From Patescibacteria group bacterium (GTDB lineage Bacteria > Patescibacteriota > Patescibacteriia > 2-12-FULL-60-25): DNA of 64,000 bases. Below the pieces are notes generated by a model. The model was not told where the DNA came from and did no database searches. It saw nothing but the letters and a program-made list of their open reading frames with translations. Where the stretch lies: NCBI GenBank assembly GCA_041650955.1, contig JBAZKG010000003.1:42766-106765 (forward strand), written 5' to 3'. The position numbers and the translations under genes are program-made. Shown in pieces: positions 16,155 through 24,554 of this stretch; the first letter of the stretch is position 1; each line of letters opens with the position of its first letter.

Positions 16155-16943
16155 ATGAAAAAGCCGCTCAAATTCGAAGCCATCTCTATCTTCCCGGAAT
16201 CATTCGACTCGTACATGAGCGCGTCGATTCTTGGTCGTGCGCAAAAAAAGAAGCTCGTTTCTTTCAAAGCGCATGATCTTCGAAAATGGACGCACGATGT
16301 CCACAAAACCGTAGACGACAAGCCGTTCGGCGGCGGTCCCGGCATGGTCATGAAGCCGGAGCCTTTCTTTGAAGCGTTGGTTGATCTCAAACTTTTTAAA
16401 AAAGATGGCACTCGAAGAAAGGCCCCACGCCCAACGCCCCACGCCCAACGCCCCAGAATCATCATGACTGCGGCGAATGGAAAAATGTTTACGCATGCGG
16501 ATGCGGTGAGGTTATCGAAATGTCAGCGCGTCGTTTTTTTGTGCGGACGATACGAAGGAATCGACCAGCGCGTGATCGACCGCCTCTGCGATGAATCCTT
16601 CTGCATCGGCCCCTACGTGCTCACAGGCGGCGAATTACCCGCCATGGTGATGATGGACGCGATTTCGCGCCACATCCCGGGCGTGCTTGGGAAAGAGGCA
16701 TCGTTAGAGGAAGAGAGTTGGTCTGACAATAGGAGCGAGGAGCGAGGAGCGAGGAGCGAGAAATCCGACCTACGATCGGAGCCTGTCCCGAGTGCATCCG
16801 AGGGAACCTACGATCTACGCCCCGAATACCCCCAGTACACCCGCCCCGAAGTTTGGCTCGGCATGAAGGTGCCGGAGGTGCTGTTGTCCGGGAATCACAA
16901 GAAGATTAAAGAGTGGAGAGAAGGGATGAGAAAGAAGTCTTAA
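16155..16943 (+). CDS. trmD: tRNA (guanine37-N1)-methyltransferase TrmD carrying two in-frame repeat-derived insertions
   Basis: FEAISIFPESFDSYMSASILGRA, VDDKPFGGGPGMVMKPEP, LCGRYEGIDQRVID and PQYTRPEVW..VPEVLLSGNHKKIKEWR are all TrmD hallmarks. The insertions are at 16421-16454 and 16731-16760. Confidence 0.93.
   Translation: MKKPLKFEAISIFPESFDSYMSASILGRAQKKKLVSFKAHDLRKWTHDVHKTVDDKPFGGGPGMVMKPEPFFEALVDLKLFKKDGTRRKAPRPTPHAQRPRIIMTAANGKMFTHADAVRLSKCQRVVFLCGRYEGIDQRVIDRLCDESFCIGPYVLTGGELPAMVMMDAISRHIPGVLGKEASLEEESWSDNRSEERGARSEKSDLRSEPVPSASEGTYDLRPEYPQYTRPEVWLGMKVPEVLLSGNHKKIKEWREGMRKKS
16421..16454. repeat. Family C tract inside trmD
   Basis: GGCCCCACGCCCAACGCCCCACGCCCAACGCCCC, translated in frame as APRPTPHAQRP. 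Confidence 0.85.
16731..16760. repeat. Family L tract (GAGCGAG units) inside trmD
   Basis: AGGAGCGAGGAGCGAGGAGCGAGGAGCGAG, translated as RSEERGARSE in the TrmD interdomain linker. Confidence 0.85.
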
Positions 16944-16955
16944 TGTATTTATTTT

Positions 16956-17786
16956 ATGAAACTAGCACTTGTTGATATATGCGGTGAAGGAGATATCAAG
17001 AATCGAGAAGGGGACGAGTATTGGAAACGTCCTTTGGATCTACTCAAAAATGAAAAGATTTCATTTCTTGATTTTGCATCAGGCGCACGAACGGTCGAAG
17101 ATAAAGTTCAAGGTTTTCATGATGCATTAAAATCAGATGCAGATTTGATTTGGTTAGTCCGAGGTGGATATTCTTGTATTCAAGCGTTTGATAAGATTGA
17201 TTGGAATCTCGTACGTCAAACAGCAAAACCGTTATATGGATTGAGTGATTTTACTCATCTTGCATGGATGGCTGTTCAGCAAGGAGTTCGTTGTTATTAT
17301 GGACAAGGGTTGACGCATTTCGAGAAAACCTTTCCAAATTCTTCGGATGCAGATTTTTTGTTTTCGTTTCTTCGAACCGGAACTCTCCCGCCTTTTATCG
17401 TTCAGCCACTTTCCACGTCTGCCACACAGACGGATCTCTCGTCTGCTCAAATCATTGGCGGGCATTTAGTCGTCGCTCTGCTTATGCTGTTGCAATATCC
17501 AATTGATCTTCACGATCGATATCTCTTTCTCGAATATCATCCAGGTGGCTTGGGAGAAGGGTTGCGTGATATTGGATATTATCTTGAACATCTGATGAAT
17601 ATACTGAAACGTACAAAGAATTTACCAAAAGGATTTATCTTTGGACAAAGTATGTTACCACAGCTCGATGAGACATCTATCCCTTGGAAGGAAATAAATA
17701 CTTTTTGTGCAGAACGAGTATCACGTCTCGATCTTCCTGTGTACGAAATTGATCATTTTAAAACCGTGATTCCATTTCACTTATAA
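16956..17786 (+). CDS. LD-carboxypeptidase-like (peptidase S66) protein
   Basis: ADLIWLVRGGYSCIQ and the nucleophile motif GLSDFTHL (GxSDxT) match S66 muramoyl-tetrapeptide carboxypeptidases. 276 aa. Confidence 0.65.
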   Translation: MKLALVDICGEGDIKNREGDEYWKRPLDLLKNEKISFLDFASGARTVEDKVQGFHDALKSDADLIWLVRGGYSCIQAFDKIDWNLVRQTAKPLYGLSDFTHLAWMAVQQGVRCYYGQGLTHFEKTFPNSSDADFLFSFLRTGTLPPFIVQPLSTSATQTDLSSAQIIGGHLVVALLMLLQYPIDLHDRYLFLEYHPGGLGEGLRDIGYYLEHLMNILKRTKNLPKGFIFGQSMLPQLDETSIPWKEINTFCAERVSRLDLPVYEIDHFKTVIPFHL

Positions 17787-17819
17787 ATCTTAATCCGAAG
17801 ATTTTTTGGTATTGAAAAC

Positions 17820-17846
17820 AGCGCCTTCATCAGGCGCTATTTTTTT
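17820..17846 (+). terminator. Intrinsic terminator
   Basis: AGCGCCT-TCATC-AGGCGCT followed by ATTTTTTT. Confidence 0.85.
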
Positions 17847-17884
17847 GCCGTAAGCTGTCGGCCGTAAGCCATAAGCCGTAAGCC
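17847..17884. repeat. Family I half-element (GCCGTAAGC units, one arm only)
   Basis: GCCGTAAGCTGTCGGCCGTAAGCCATAAGCCGTAAGCC. The complete hairpin member is at 31553-31625. Confidence 0.8.
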
Positions 17885-17886
17885 AA

Positions 17887-18591
17887 CTATGGCTTCATCA
17901 GTCCTTTCTTCTTCGCAAGAACGTATGAGTAGATAATCGGTATAATTGATGCGCTCAAAATCACACTCATAAAGGTCACGAAGAGAACGATGCTGGATGT
18001 GACCGTGAGCGAGAGGATGAGGACGGTGATGCCGCCGAGGACAAAGAGGAGTCCGCCGAAGCGCTGGCTTTTACGCCAGACTTCCGGATCAGACAGCGTC
18101 CACGGCGTGCGCAGGCCAACGAACCAGTTTTGTTCGATCTTTCCCATGGAATTGCCGATCAGAATGAAGAGCACGCCCATGCCGCTCACGATGAGATTTG
18201 GGATATGGGCATTGATCCATGGATGAATCGCGGCAAACGTGGTGATCATGTGAATATAGGCGAAGAAGCTGATAATGCCGACTTGAAGCATGGACCATGT
18301 GTGCTGAAAATTCGCATACGATTCGCGTTTCGGATCCATGCGCTGAACGATCGGAAAAAGAAATGCAATCACGAGCCCGAGAATCGGAGCGAAAAATGCG
18401 CCGAATCCTTTTGGAGAAAATCCATCCGCCGCGCCCGAAGGTCCCCAATGCGTGGGAACGATATCGGGAAGAAACGAATACATGACAATCGAAAACAGGA
18501 ACATACCTGCAACGATCGCAAAAACGGTTTTGCTTGGATACCACGGAGCGGGTTTTTGCTCGGTGGAAGCTTGATTAGGAAGAGTATTCAT
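17887..18591 (-). CDS. SdpI/YhfL-family membrane protein (DUF1648 + SdpI domains)
   Basis: LPDIVPTHWGPSGAADGF (DUF1648-type) and NWFVGLRTPWTLSDPEVWRKSQRFGG (SdpI-type). The start is moved to ATG 18591 because the track start reads through a PPE. Confidence 0.8.
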   Translation of the reverse strand: MNTLPNQASTEQKPAPWYPSKTVFAIVAGMFLFSIVMYSFLPDIVPTHWGPSGAADGFSPKGFGAFFAPILGLVIAFLFPIVQRMDPKRESYANFQHTWSMLQVGIISFFAYIHMITTFAAIHPWINAHIPNLIVSGMGVLFILIGNSMGKIEQNWFVGLRTPWTLSDPEVWRKSQRFGGLLFVLGGITVLILSLTVTSSIVLFVTFMSVILSASIIPIIYSYVLAKKKGLMKP

Positions 18592-18597
18592 ATGGTG

Positions 18598-18675
18598 ATT
18601 GTTTGATTGCTTGATTGCTTGATTGTTGTTGAAGATTGAAAGTAATAGCAATCAAACAATCTAGCAATCAAACAA
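18598..18675. repeat. PPE, family K (8-nt unit TTGATTGC)
   Basis: ATTGTTTGATTGCTTGATTGCTTGATTGTTGTT ... TAGCAATCAAACAATCTAGCAATCAAACAAT, between the ArsR-like and SdpI-like genes. Confidence 0.9.
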
Positions 18676-18696
18676 TTTGTATTGATGATCAGGTCA

Positions 18697-18963
18697 TTAT
18701 TTAGAGAAGAGTTCGTAGATGATTGCCGCCGCCTCTTCGAAGACGGACGTATTAATTTCGTAAAAGATAAACTGCCCCTCGCGTCGGCTGCGGACGAGAT
18801 TGGCTCGTTTCAGAATATCCAAATGATGCGACAGCGAGGCTTGGGTCATCTGGAAGTGCTTCTGGAGGTCGGAAACGCTCATATCCTGCTCTTTAAGAAG
18901 AGCGAGGATCTTGCGCCGGCTTCCGTCAGCCAAGGCCTTAAAAAGTGAGTGTTCCATAGACAT
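18697..18963 (-). CDS. ArsR/SmtB-family transcriptional regulator (SdpR-like)
   Basis: FKALADGSRRKILALLKEQDMSVSDLQKHFQMTQASLSHHLDILKRANLV is a winged-HTH ArsR signature. Confidence 0.9.
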   Translation of the reverse strand: MSMEHSLFKALADGSRRKILALLKEQDMSVSDLQKHFQMTQASLSHHLDILKRANLVRSRREGQFIFYEINTSVFEEAAAIIYELFSK

Positions 18964-18981
18964 ATAGATGGATGTCTATAT
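18962..18981. promoter_or_regulatory. Candidate ArsR operator palindrome
   Basis: ATATAGA-TGGATG-TCTATAT, a perfect 7-bp inverted repeat between the -10 box and the start codon of the ArsR gene. Confidence 0.5.
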
Positions 18982-19008
18982 CTTAACAAAGGCTTTAGTA
19001 ACTGTCAA
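18980..19008 (-). promoter_or_regulatory. Sigma70-type promoter of the ArsR-SdpI operon
   Basis: Minus strand reads TTGACA-17 nt-TAAGAT. Confidence 0.7.
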
Positions 19009-19022
19009 GACGCATTTTAAAA

Positions 19023-19103
19023 GGCCATTAGGGAACTAGGCCACTACGCCACTAGGGGAAATTGAATTCCCTTAGTGGCGTAATGGCTTAGCCCCCTAGT
19101 GGC
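19023..19103. repeat. PPE, family G (8-nt unit ~CCACTAGG)
   Basis: GGCCATTAGGGAACTAGGCCACTACGCCACTAGGGG ... TTCCCTTAGTGGCGTAATGGCTTAGCCCCCTAGTGGC. Confidence 0.9.
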
Positions 19104-19135
19104 TCACTCTCTCTACAGGTATACTGCCCTCAACA

Positions 19136-20581
19136 ATGAACATTCGGGTTCTTTCGAGCATTCTCTTCCTTGCCTCACTCGGGGTCTTTTTCGCGTCTGG
19201 ATCGGCACTTGCCGCAACGCCGCCGACGCGTCCGGTTCCGGTTCATCCGGAATATGCACGGACATCGGATGTTTCGCTGTGGACGAAGGGCTTTGCATCA
19301 AGCACGTCTTTTCCGACATTTGAAAAAACATATCTTCGCGGCGGGTATCTTGCGTCCGGAGATGTGAATGGAGATGGGAAAGATGAAATCATCGTCGGAT
19401 CTGGAATCGGACGGATAAACGAAGTGCGCGTCTATTCAACGGATGGAAAACAACTTTCATCTTTTCAACCTTATCCAACGTGGTTTTCCGGCGGGGTTCG
19501 CGTTGCAGTCATTGATATGAATGGCGACGGGAATGCGGATATCGTTACAGCGCCCGGTCCGGGTATTGAGTCGCGAATAGAAATATTTGACGCGGCAGGA
19601 AAAAAATCCGTGAATGAAGCGCTTGCGTATCCGAAAACATTTTTAGGCGGAGTTCATATTGCGTCCGGTGATGTCAATCGTGACAGCAAGCCGGATATTA
19701 TCGTTGCTCCTGGGTCCGGAGGCGGTCCGCATGTGCGCGTATTTGATGCGAATCTGCAGGATGAAAACATGGATACGTTTGTGTTTGACGCGAAGATGAC
19801 GGATGGCGTGAATATTGCCGTTATTCATACGCCTTGGGGAGATCAGCTGGTCGCGGGTCCTGAAAGCTGGTCCGAACCGCTTGTTCGCCGCTTTTCGTTT
19901 GATCAAAATGGCGGACGTTTGGATCAGGAGTTTTACGCTTTCGCCTCTTCGTCCCATTCCGGCGTTACGCTTGGAGCACATGATCTTGACGGAGACGGGA
20001 ATGATGAAATCGTCACCGCGCAAAACGGGGGAACTGTGCCGGAAGTGCGTTTTTATGACGCGTATGGAAGTTTGTTTGCGAAAGCGATGTTAAAAGATCC
20101 TCCGTATCGGGGTGCGCTCTCTTTCGCATCCGTGCATGCGGAAAAAAATGCGCATCCGGTTCTCGCAACCATGATTCTCGCGCCAACGGTATATGATCTT
20201 TCCGGACAAGAGAAACGCATAGAGGTGAATATTGCCGAACAGCGTCTGTACGCATACGAGCACGGACGCATTGCGCGGACATTTTTGGTCTCCACTGGCG
20301 TCGCGCGACATCCGACGCCGATTGTTGAAACAAAAGTTCTCGCAAAGATTCTATCAAAACGATACAAGTGGACATACAGTCCCGGCAATCCGGATAATTA
20401 CGATCTTCCGAACGTGAAATGGAATCTGCGGGTTTACGGCCCCGTCTTCATCCATGGCGCATATTGGCACAATAATTTCGGGAATCGCATGAGCCATGGA
20501 TGCATCAACGTCGACTACGGGAATGCCGAGTGGATCTATAATTGGGCGGATGTGGGAGTGCCGGTGAGCATTCATCAGTAA
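19136..20581 (+). CDS. Secreted FG-GAP/VCBS-repeat protein with C-terminal L,D-transpeptidase (YkuD) domain
   Basis: Signal peptide MNIRVLSSILFLASLGVFFASGSALA. Repeats DVNGDGKDEIIVG, DMNGDGNADIVTA, DLDGDGNDEIVTA. YkuD catalytic motif SHGCINV. Confidence 0.85.
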   Translation: MNIRVLSSILFLASLGVFFASGSALAATPPTRPVPVHPEYARTSDVSLWTKGFASSTSFPTFEKTYLRGGYLASGDVNGDGKDEIIVGSGIGRINEVRVYSTDGKQLSSFQPYPTWFSGGVRVAVIDMNGDGNADIVTAPGPGIESRIEIFDAAGKKSVNEALAYPKTFLGGVHIASGDVNRDSKPDIIVAPGSGGGPHVRVFDANLQDENMDTFVFDAKMTDGVNIAVIHTPWGDQLVAGPESWSEPLVRRFSFDQNGGRLDQEFYAFASSSHSGVTLGAHDLDGDGNDEIVTAQNGGTVPEVRFYDAYGSLFAKAMLKDPPYRGALSFASVHAEKNAHPVLATMILAPTVYDLSGQEKRIEVNIAEQRLYAYEHGRIARTFLVSTGVARHPTPIVETKVLAKILSKRYKWTYSPGNPDNYDLPNVKWNLRVYGPVFIHGAYWHNNFGNRMSHGCINVDYGNAEWIYNWADVGVPVSIHQ

Positions 20582-20660
20582 GCCATTAAGGAACTAGGCC
20601 ACTACGCCACTAGGGAATTGCATTTTCCCTAGTGGCGTAGTGGCCTAGTTCCCTAGTGGC
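20582..20660. repeat. PPE, family G
   Basis: GCCATTAAGGAACTAGGCCACTACGCCACTAGGGA / ATTGCATTT / TCCCTAGTGGCGTAGTGGCCTAGTTCCCTAGTGGC. Confidence 0.9.
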
Positions 20661-21269
20661 CTATTTCACCATCACCTTCACCGTCTTCCCCTCAACTACG
20701 TATCCAAGCAGAGTCTCGATGTCCTGTTTTGCCTGATCAGTCGCGCGATTGATCGTTTCGTCGGTCTGCGCGGCTTTTTCGGCTGTTTGGGAAAGGAGAG
20801 AAAGGGATTCATTGTATCCGTCGTCCGAATTCAAAAGCTGTTTCAGCACGCCTTGGTTATTTTTGAGTTCAATCGGCCCGACGAGGCGGGAATTGAATAG
20901 TCTGGCTTTTGGAATTGTGACCGTGATCGTATTCGTCGCTGGATCAATCACAACGTCTTGCTGTGTCATGCTCGCGAGGTCTACGCCCAAATTTACCTCC
21001 ATGGTTCCGCGCGCTTCAATCGTCTGGCCGAAGAAAAAGTCTTTGAACGCATTGCCGGAGTTTCGATCAATCGTGACCGGCGTATCAAAAACGTATGTCT
21101 GGCTCACAAGAAAGCCTCGATTATGCAGAGCCGTTAGAATCGCTTGCGCGCTGACTGTCTGCGAGGCTTTCGGTTTTGGCGAAAAGAGTTTATATCCGGT
21201 ATAGACTCCGGCAGAGTAGAAGATAGCAATGCCGATCAGCGTCCAGAGGAGAATGATGCGAGATTTCAT
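20661..21269 (-). CDS. Membrane-anchored hypothetical protein (DUF4230-like)
   Basis: 202 aa with an N-terminal TM helix. My recollection of DUF4230 proteins matches its size and architecture. No catalytic motif. Confidence 0.6.
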   Translation of the reverse strand: MKSRIILLWTLIGIAIFYSAGVYTGYKLFSPKPKASQTVSAQAILTALHNRGFLVSQTYVFDTPVTIDRNSGNAFKDFFFGQTIEARGTMEVNLGVDLASMTQQDVVIDPATNTITVTIPKARLFNSRLVGPIELKNNQGVLKQLLNSDDGYNESLSLLSQTAEKAAQTDETINRATDQAKQDIETLLGYVVEGKTVKVMVK

Positions 21270-21273
21270 ATAT

Positions 21274-21349
21274 AGTTGCGTAGTTGCGCGGTTGCATGGT
21301 TGCGTAGGGTGAAATTCGACGCAACCACGTAACCACGCAACGACGTACT
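21274..21349. repeat. PPE, family F
   Basis: AGTTGCGTAGTTGCGCGGTTGCATGGTTGCGTAGGG / TGAAATT / CGACGCAACCACGTAACCACGCAACGACGTACT. Confidence 0.9.
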
Positions 21350-21375
21350 AAATATGGTACAGGATATGGAACTTT

Positions 21376-21403
21376 TTGCGAAAGGACGGTTTAACGATAT
21401 ACT
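21376..21403 (+). promoter_or_regulatory. Promoter giving a leaderless mRNA
   Basis: TTGCGA-16 nt-TATACT. The ATG at 21410 begins 6 nt after the -10 box. Confidence 0.55.
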
Positions 21404-21409
21404 ACAGGC

Positions 21410-23335
21410 ATGTTTTTCAAGCGTTCTTCATCCGTCTTTCATGCGTGGGAGTCTTTGATGATTCATCTTGTTACGATCGCGGGTTTTTCGGTGCTAAGTC
21501 TCTCGATTATATACTATTTCTATCAGATTACTCCTTTGATCGTCGGGATCGTTTTAAGCATTGTATTCGTCGCCGGCTTCTTGACGTCTCCAGTCTTTCG
21601 AAAGATGAAGGAACGAAAAAAATCGCTCCCACCGTATGCCGTCTGTTGGATGCTCGGATCAATTCTTACCTCGTTTCTTATCATCATTCTTCTTTGGATA
21701 TCACAAACTGATGAAGCCATTGCTTCGCCATGGCAGGCGGTCACGCCCATTATTTTTTTATTGTATGCATTCGCATCTACCTGTACGGTTTGCGTTGCGC
21801 GCATGGCGCCAAGCCGATGGTCTCTGCCTATCTTGATGGTCTTTGGCGTTGCGACATTCGGGGTTTCGCTCATCATATATAAACTCGGATTTGGATATGA
21901 TCCATTCGTCCATCAGGCGACCGAACAGCATATTTTGGAGCATGGTTTTATTTTTCCGAAACAGCCGATGTACATTGGGCAGTATGTCTCTGTCGTTTTG
22001 CTCTCATGGCTGACAGCACTTTCCATTCATCTGGTTGATCGGATACTTGTTCCGTTTCTTTCCACACTTGTGATGATTCCAATGATTTTTACGGCATTTC
22101 GATATGGATGGATGAAGAAAATCAAACAGCCTGCGCTCGCGCTCCTTGCGCTCTTTTTGATTCCAGTCGGGTATTTCGCTTTTTCCGTCCCATTTAATCT
22201 CGCGCTCCTTGCGCTCGTGCTTATTATCGGATTTTTTCCGCTCGCAGATGAACCGCGCGTCAAATGGCTGATCGCATCGCTTGGATGCGTGTCGATCGCC
22301 ATACATCCGCTCATCGGGATTCCAACAATTTTGCTTGCGATAATTGCGATCTGTAAAAAATTTCCGGCATGGCTGCTTGCGATCTGTATTCCAATTTTTT
22401 TATTCATCGCTTTCTCAATCTATTTCCATTTGCAAGGCGCTTCTATCATCTGGCCTTCAATGAATCAGGCAATGAATGCGTTCACCGCGCTCTTTGGAAA
22501 TCCGTACGAGCTCGCACGAGGCCCATTGTATCTCGCAATTCTCTATGCGCTCTTATATCTTTCGCCTCCCATACTGATCGGTACTGCGATGTATGGGTAT
22601 GCATCCGCCTTGCCAAAAGATCAGGCGCTTCGGAGATCGGTGTGGGCACTGGGGTATGCATCAATCGGCGTTATCGCAAGCGCCATCGTTATCCCGCTGT
22701 TCTTCAGTTTTCCAAATATTATCGCGAGCGAACAGTTTGAATTCTCTCTGCGCCTTCTACTCATCCTTCCGCTTCTTTGGCTGCCCGGACTTGCATACGC
22801 AATTCATGCCGGTTTGAATCAAACGTCTTCCGTAAAAAAGATATGCGTGCTGATCGTTATCGCGCTTGCCATGACTGGCGCATGGGCCGCTTCATATCCC
22901 CAATATAATGCCATTTCATACGCACCAGCTCCGGGTCTTTCGCAAGGGGATATTGATGCCGTGAGATTTATCGAGTCGAATGCACAAGACGCTCCGTATG
23001 CCGTTCTCTCCTCCCAGATGATGGGAGCGGCGGCATTGACGGAGTTTGGATTTGAAAAACAGATTTCAACGCATAACGGACCGCTCTATGCCTATGCTAT
23101 TCCGACAGGCGGGAAACTCTATCAATACTATCTGCGTTTTATTTCCAGCGACGAGGATCCGCAAAATGTCGCATTCGAGTTGTATCAATTCACGGATGCC
23201 CCGCTCATCTATATCTCCATTCCGGATTCGTGGGATCCACAAGGCCAAGCGATCAAAAAATTGGCACCGATCACGCTCAATCATTTTGAAGTCGGTGGCA
23301 ATCGCATTTTCAAGTTGAAAGTCGTTCGCCGCTAG
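21410..23335 (+). CDS. Large polytopic membrane protein with C-terminal extracytoplasmic domain (function unknown)
   Basis: 641 aa, at least 12 predicted TM helices followed by a ~150-aa soluble domain. The architecture resembles polyprenyl-dependent glycosyltransferases, but I cannot point to a motif. Confidence 0.75.
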   Translation: MFFKRSSSVFHAWESLMIHLVTIAGFSVLSLSIIYYFYQITPLIVGIVLSIVFVAGFLTSPVFRKMKERKKSLPPYAVCWMLGSILTSFLIIILLWISQTDEAIASPWQAVTPIIFLLYAFASTCTVCVARMAPSRWSLPILMVFGVATFGVSLIIYKLGFGYDPFVHQATEQHILEHGFIFPKQPMYIGQYVSVVLLSWLTALSIHLVDRILVPFLSTLVMIPMIFTAFRYGWMKKIKQPALALLALFLIPVGYFAFSVPFNLALLALVLIIGFFPLADEPRVKWLIASLGCVSIAIHPLIGIPTILLAIIAICKKFPAWLLAICIPIFLFIAFSIYFHLQGASIIWPSMNQAMNAFTALFGNPYELARGPLYLAILYALLYLSPPILIGTAMYGYASALPKDQALRRSVWALGYASIGVIASAIVIPLFFSFPNIIASEQFEFSLRLLLILPLLWLPGLAYAIHAGLNQTSSVKKICVLIVIALAMTGAWAASYPQYNAISYAPAPGLSQGDIDAVRFIESNAQDAPYAVLSSQMMGAAALTEFGFEKQISTHNGPLYAYAIPTGGKLYQYYLRFISSDEDPQNVAFELYQFTDAPLIYISIPDSWDPQGQAIKKLAPITLNHFEVGGNRIFKLKVVRR

Positions 23336-23373
23336 CCGTCGCGTTAAACGCGATTCGAACCTTAAATTTAAAA

Positions 23374-23401
23374 CAGGGACAACTCGAGTGAGTTGTCCCT
23401 G
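23374..23401. terminator. Bidirectional terminator between convergent genes
   Basis: CAGGGACAACT-CGAGTG-AGTTGTCCCTG. Confidence 0.8.
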
Positions 23402-23411
23402 CTGTGAGTAG

Positions 23412-24418
23412 TTATGAAGGATGGTAATACCTGCAGTAAATGTCATCTTCCGGCGTAACAGCATCCTTGAATTGTTGATCAAGGTTGTAGTCTGATGCTT
23501 GAGTGATGACGAGTCCGACGACATAATAAACGAAGAATGCGTCTGGAACGTCTATGACGTATGCGGCCCAATTAGAGCTGTACAGTTGAGCTATAACGGC
23601 TTCCGTTTGAATCCAGTGAAGGACTCCGCCGCATGTGACCGCGTAGACCTTTGGATCTGTCGTGATCTTGACGAGTTGCGATCCAGGTCGAATGGTCAAA
23701 TTGCCGCCGACTTTTATTGCAAATAGATCAGCATCGCTGACTTGATAAATCGTCGGGCAATCTTCGCTCGTCGTGAACCATGAGTGGTAGACGGCTTCGT
23801 CTGGAAAAACGTAACGCTTTCCATCTTGATTGGAATACCAGTACATCGCCGGACCGCTTCCTTTGATGATGGAAGATTTCGGGACGAGATTGATGGGAAG
23901 CTGGTCGCAGAAGACCCATCCTCCAGCGCATTGTGCCGCTGGAGTTGTCTTTGGACAGATGCGGTCATCGGTTGGATCGCATGCATCGCCGATTCCATCT
24001 CCATCAACATCACTTTGATTAGTGTTCGCGACAAACGGACAATTGTCCGCGCTATCCATAACGCTGTCGCCGTCTCCGTCGTGGAATGGAGCAGATCCTC
24101 CCGTTCCCGCTACAGAACTTGATCCACCAGTATCCATAGAAGATCCGCCTGTTGCAGACGATCCTCCAGTAGAAGAATCTCCGCCAGTTGCACTGGACGC
24201 GATGGTTGAGCTTCGCCTGTTGGATCTTGGCCTCCGGTTGATGGGTTTGTTGATCCGCCAGTCGTTGGCACCGATGACCCGCCTGTCGAAGTCATACCAG
24301 CAATGGAAGAAGTTCCACCGATATTTTTGCAATTATCCGATGTCGTTAGGGAGTTTCCGCCACAGGAAGGAATGAATGAAACGAACAAAATGGCTAAACA
24401 GAGCGATTTGATTGACAT
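23412..24418 (-). pseudogene. Lipoprotein with Ser/Thr/Gly linker, thrombospondin type-3 Ca-binding repeats and C-terminal beta-rich domain; reading frame broken once
   Basis: Frame A (from ATG 24418, SD AAAAGGAGACAGAA) gives MSIKSLCLAILFVSFIPSCGG...STGG. Frame B continues ...STIASSATGGDSSTGG...DGDGDSVMDSADNCPFVANTNQSDVDGDGIGDACDP to the stop at 23412. The frame switch lies at about 24212-24230. Confidence 0.6.
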
Positions 24419-24435
24419 TTCTGTCTCCTTTTCTC

Positions 24436-24464
24436 TTGACAAATTGTGTAAGGTATGGTATACA
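24436..24464 (+). promoter_or_regulatory. Sigma70-type promoter of the 24555 gene
   Basis: TTGACA-17 nt-TATACA. Confidence 0.7.
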
Positions 24465-24485
24465 ACCATGAAATCCGAACTGTCA

Positions 24486-24514
24486 TGTATACCATTATTT
24501 ACAGGTTATGTCAA
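24486..24514 (-). promoter_or_regulatory. Sigma70-type promoter of the lipoprotein gene (face-to-face with the plus-strand promoter)
   Basis: Minus strand reads TTGACA-17 nt-TATACA. The two -10 boxes sit in a 10-bp inverted repeat ATGGTATACA / TGTATACCAT. Confidence 0.7.
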
Positions 24515-24554
24515 TAATCTGTGATGGGCCTGACACCGGTTTCACCATATATCT

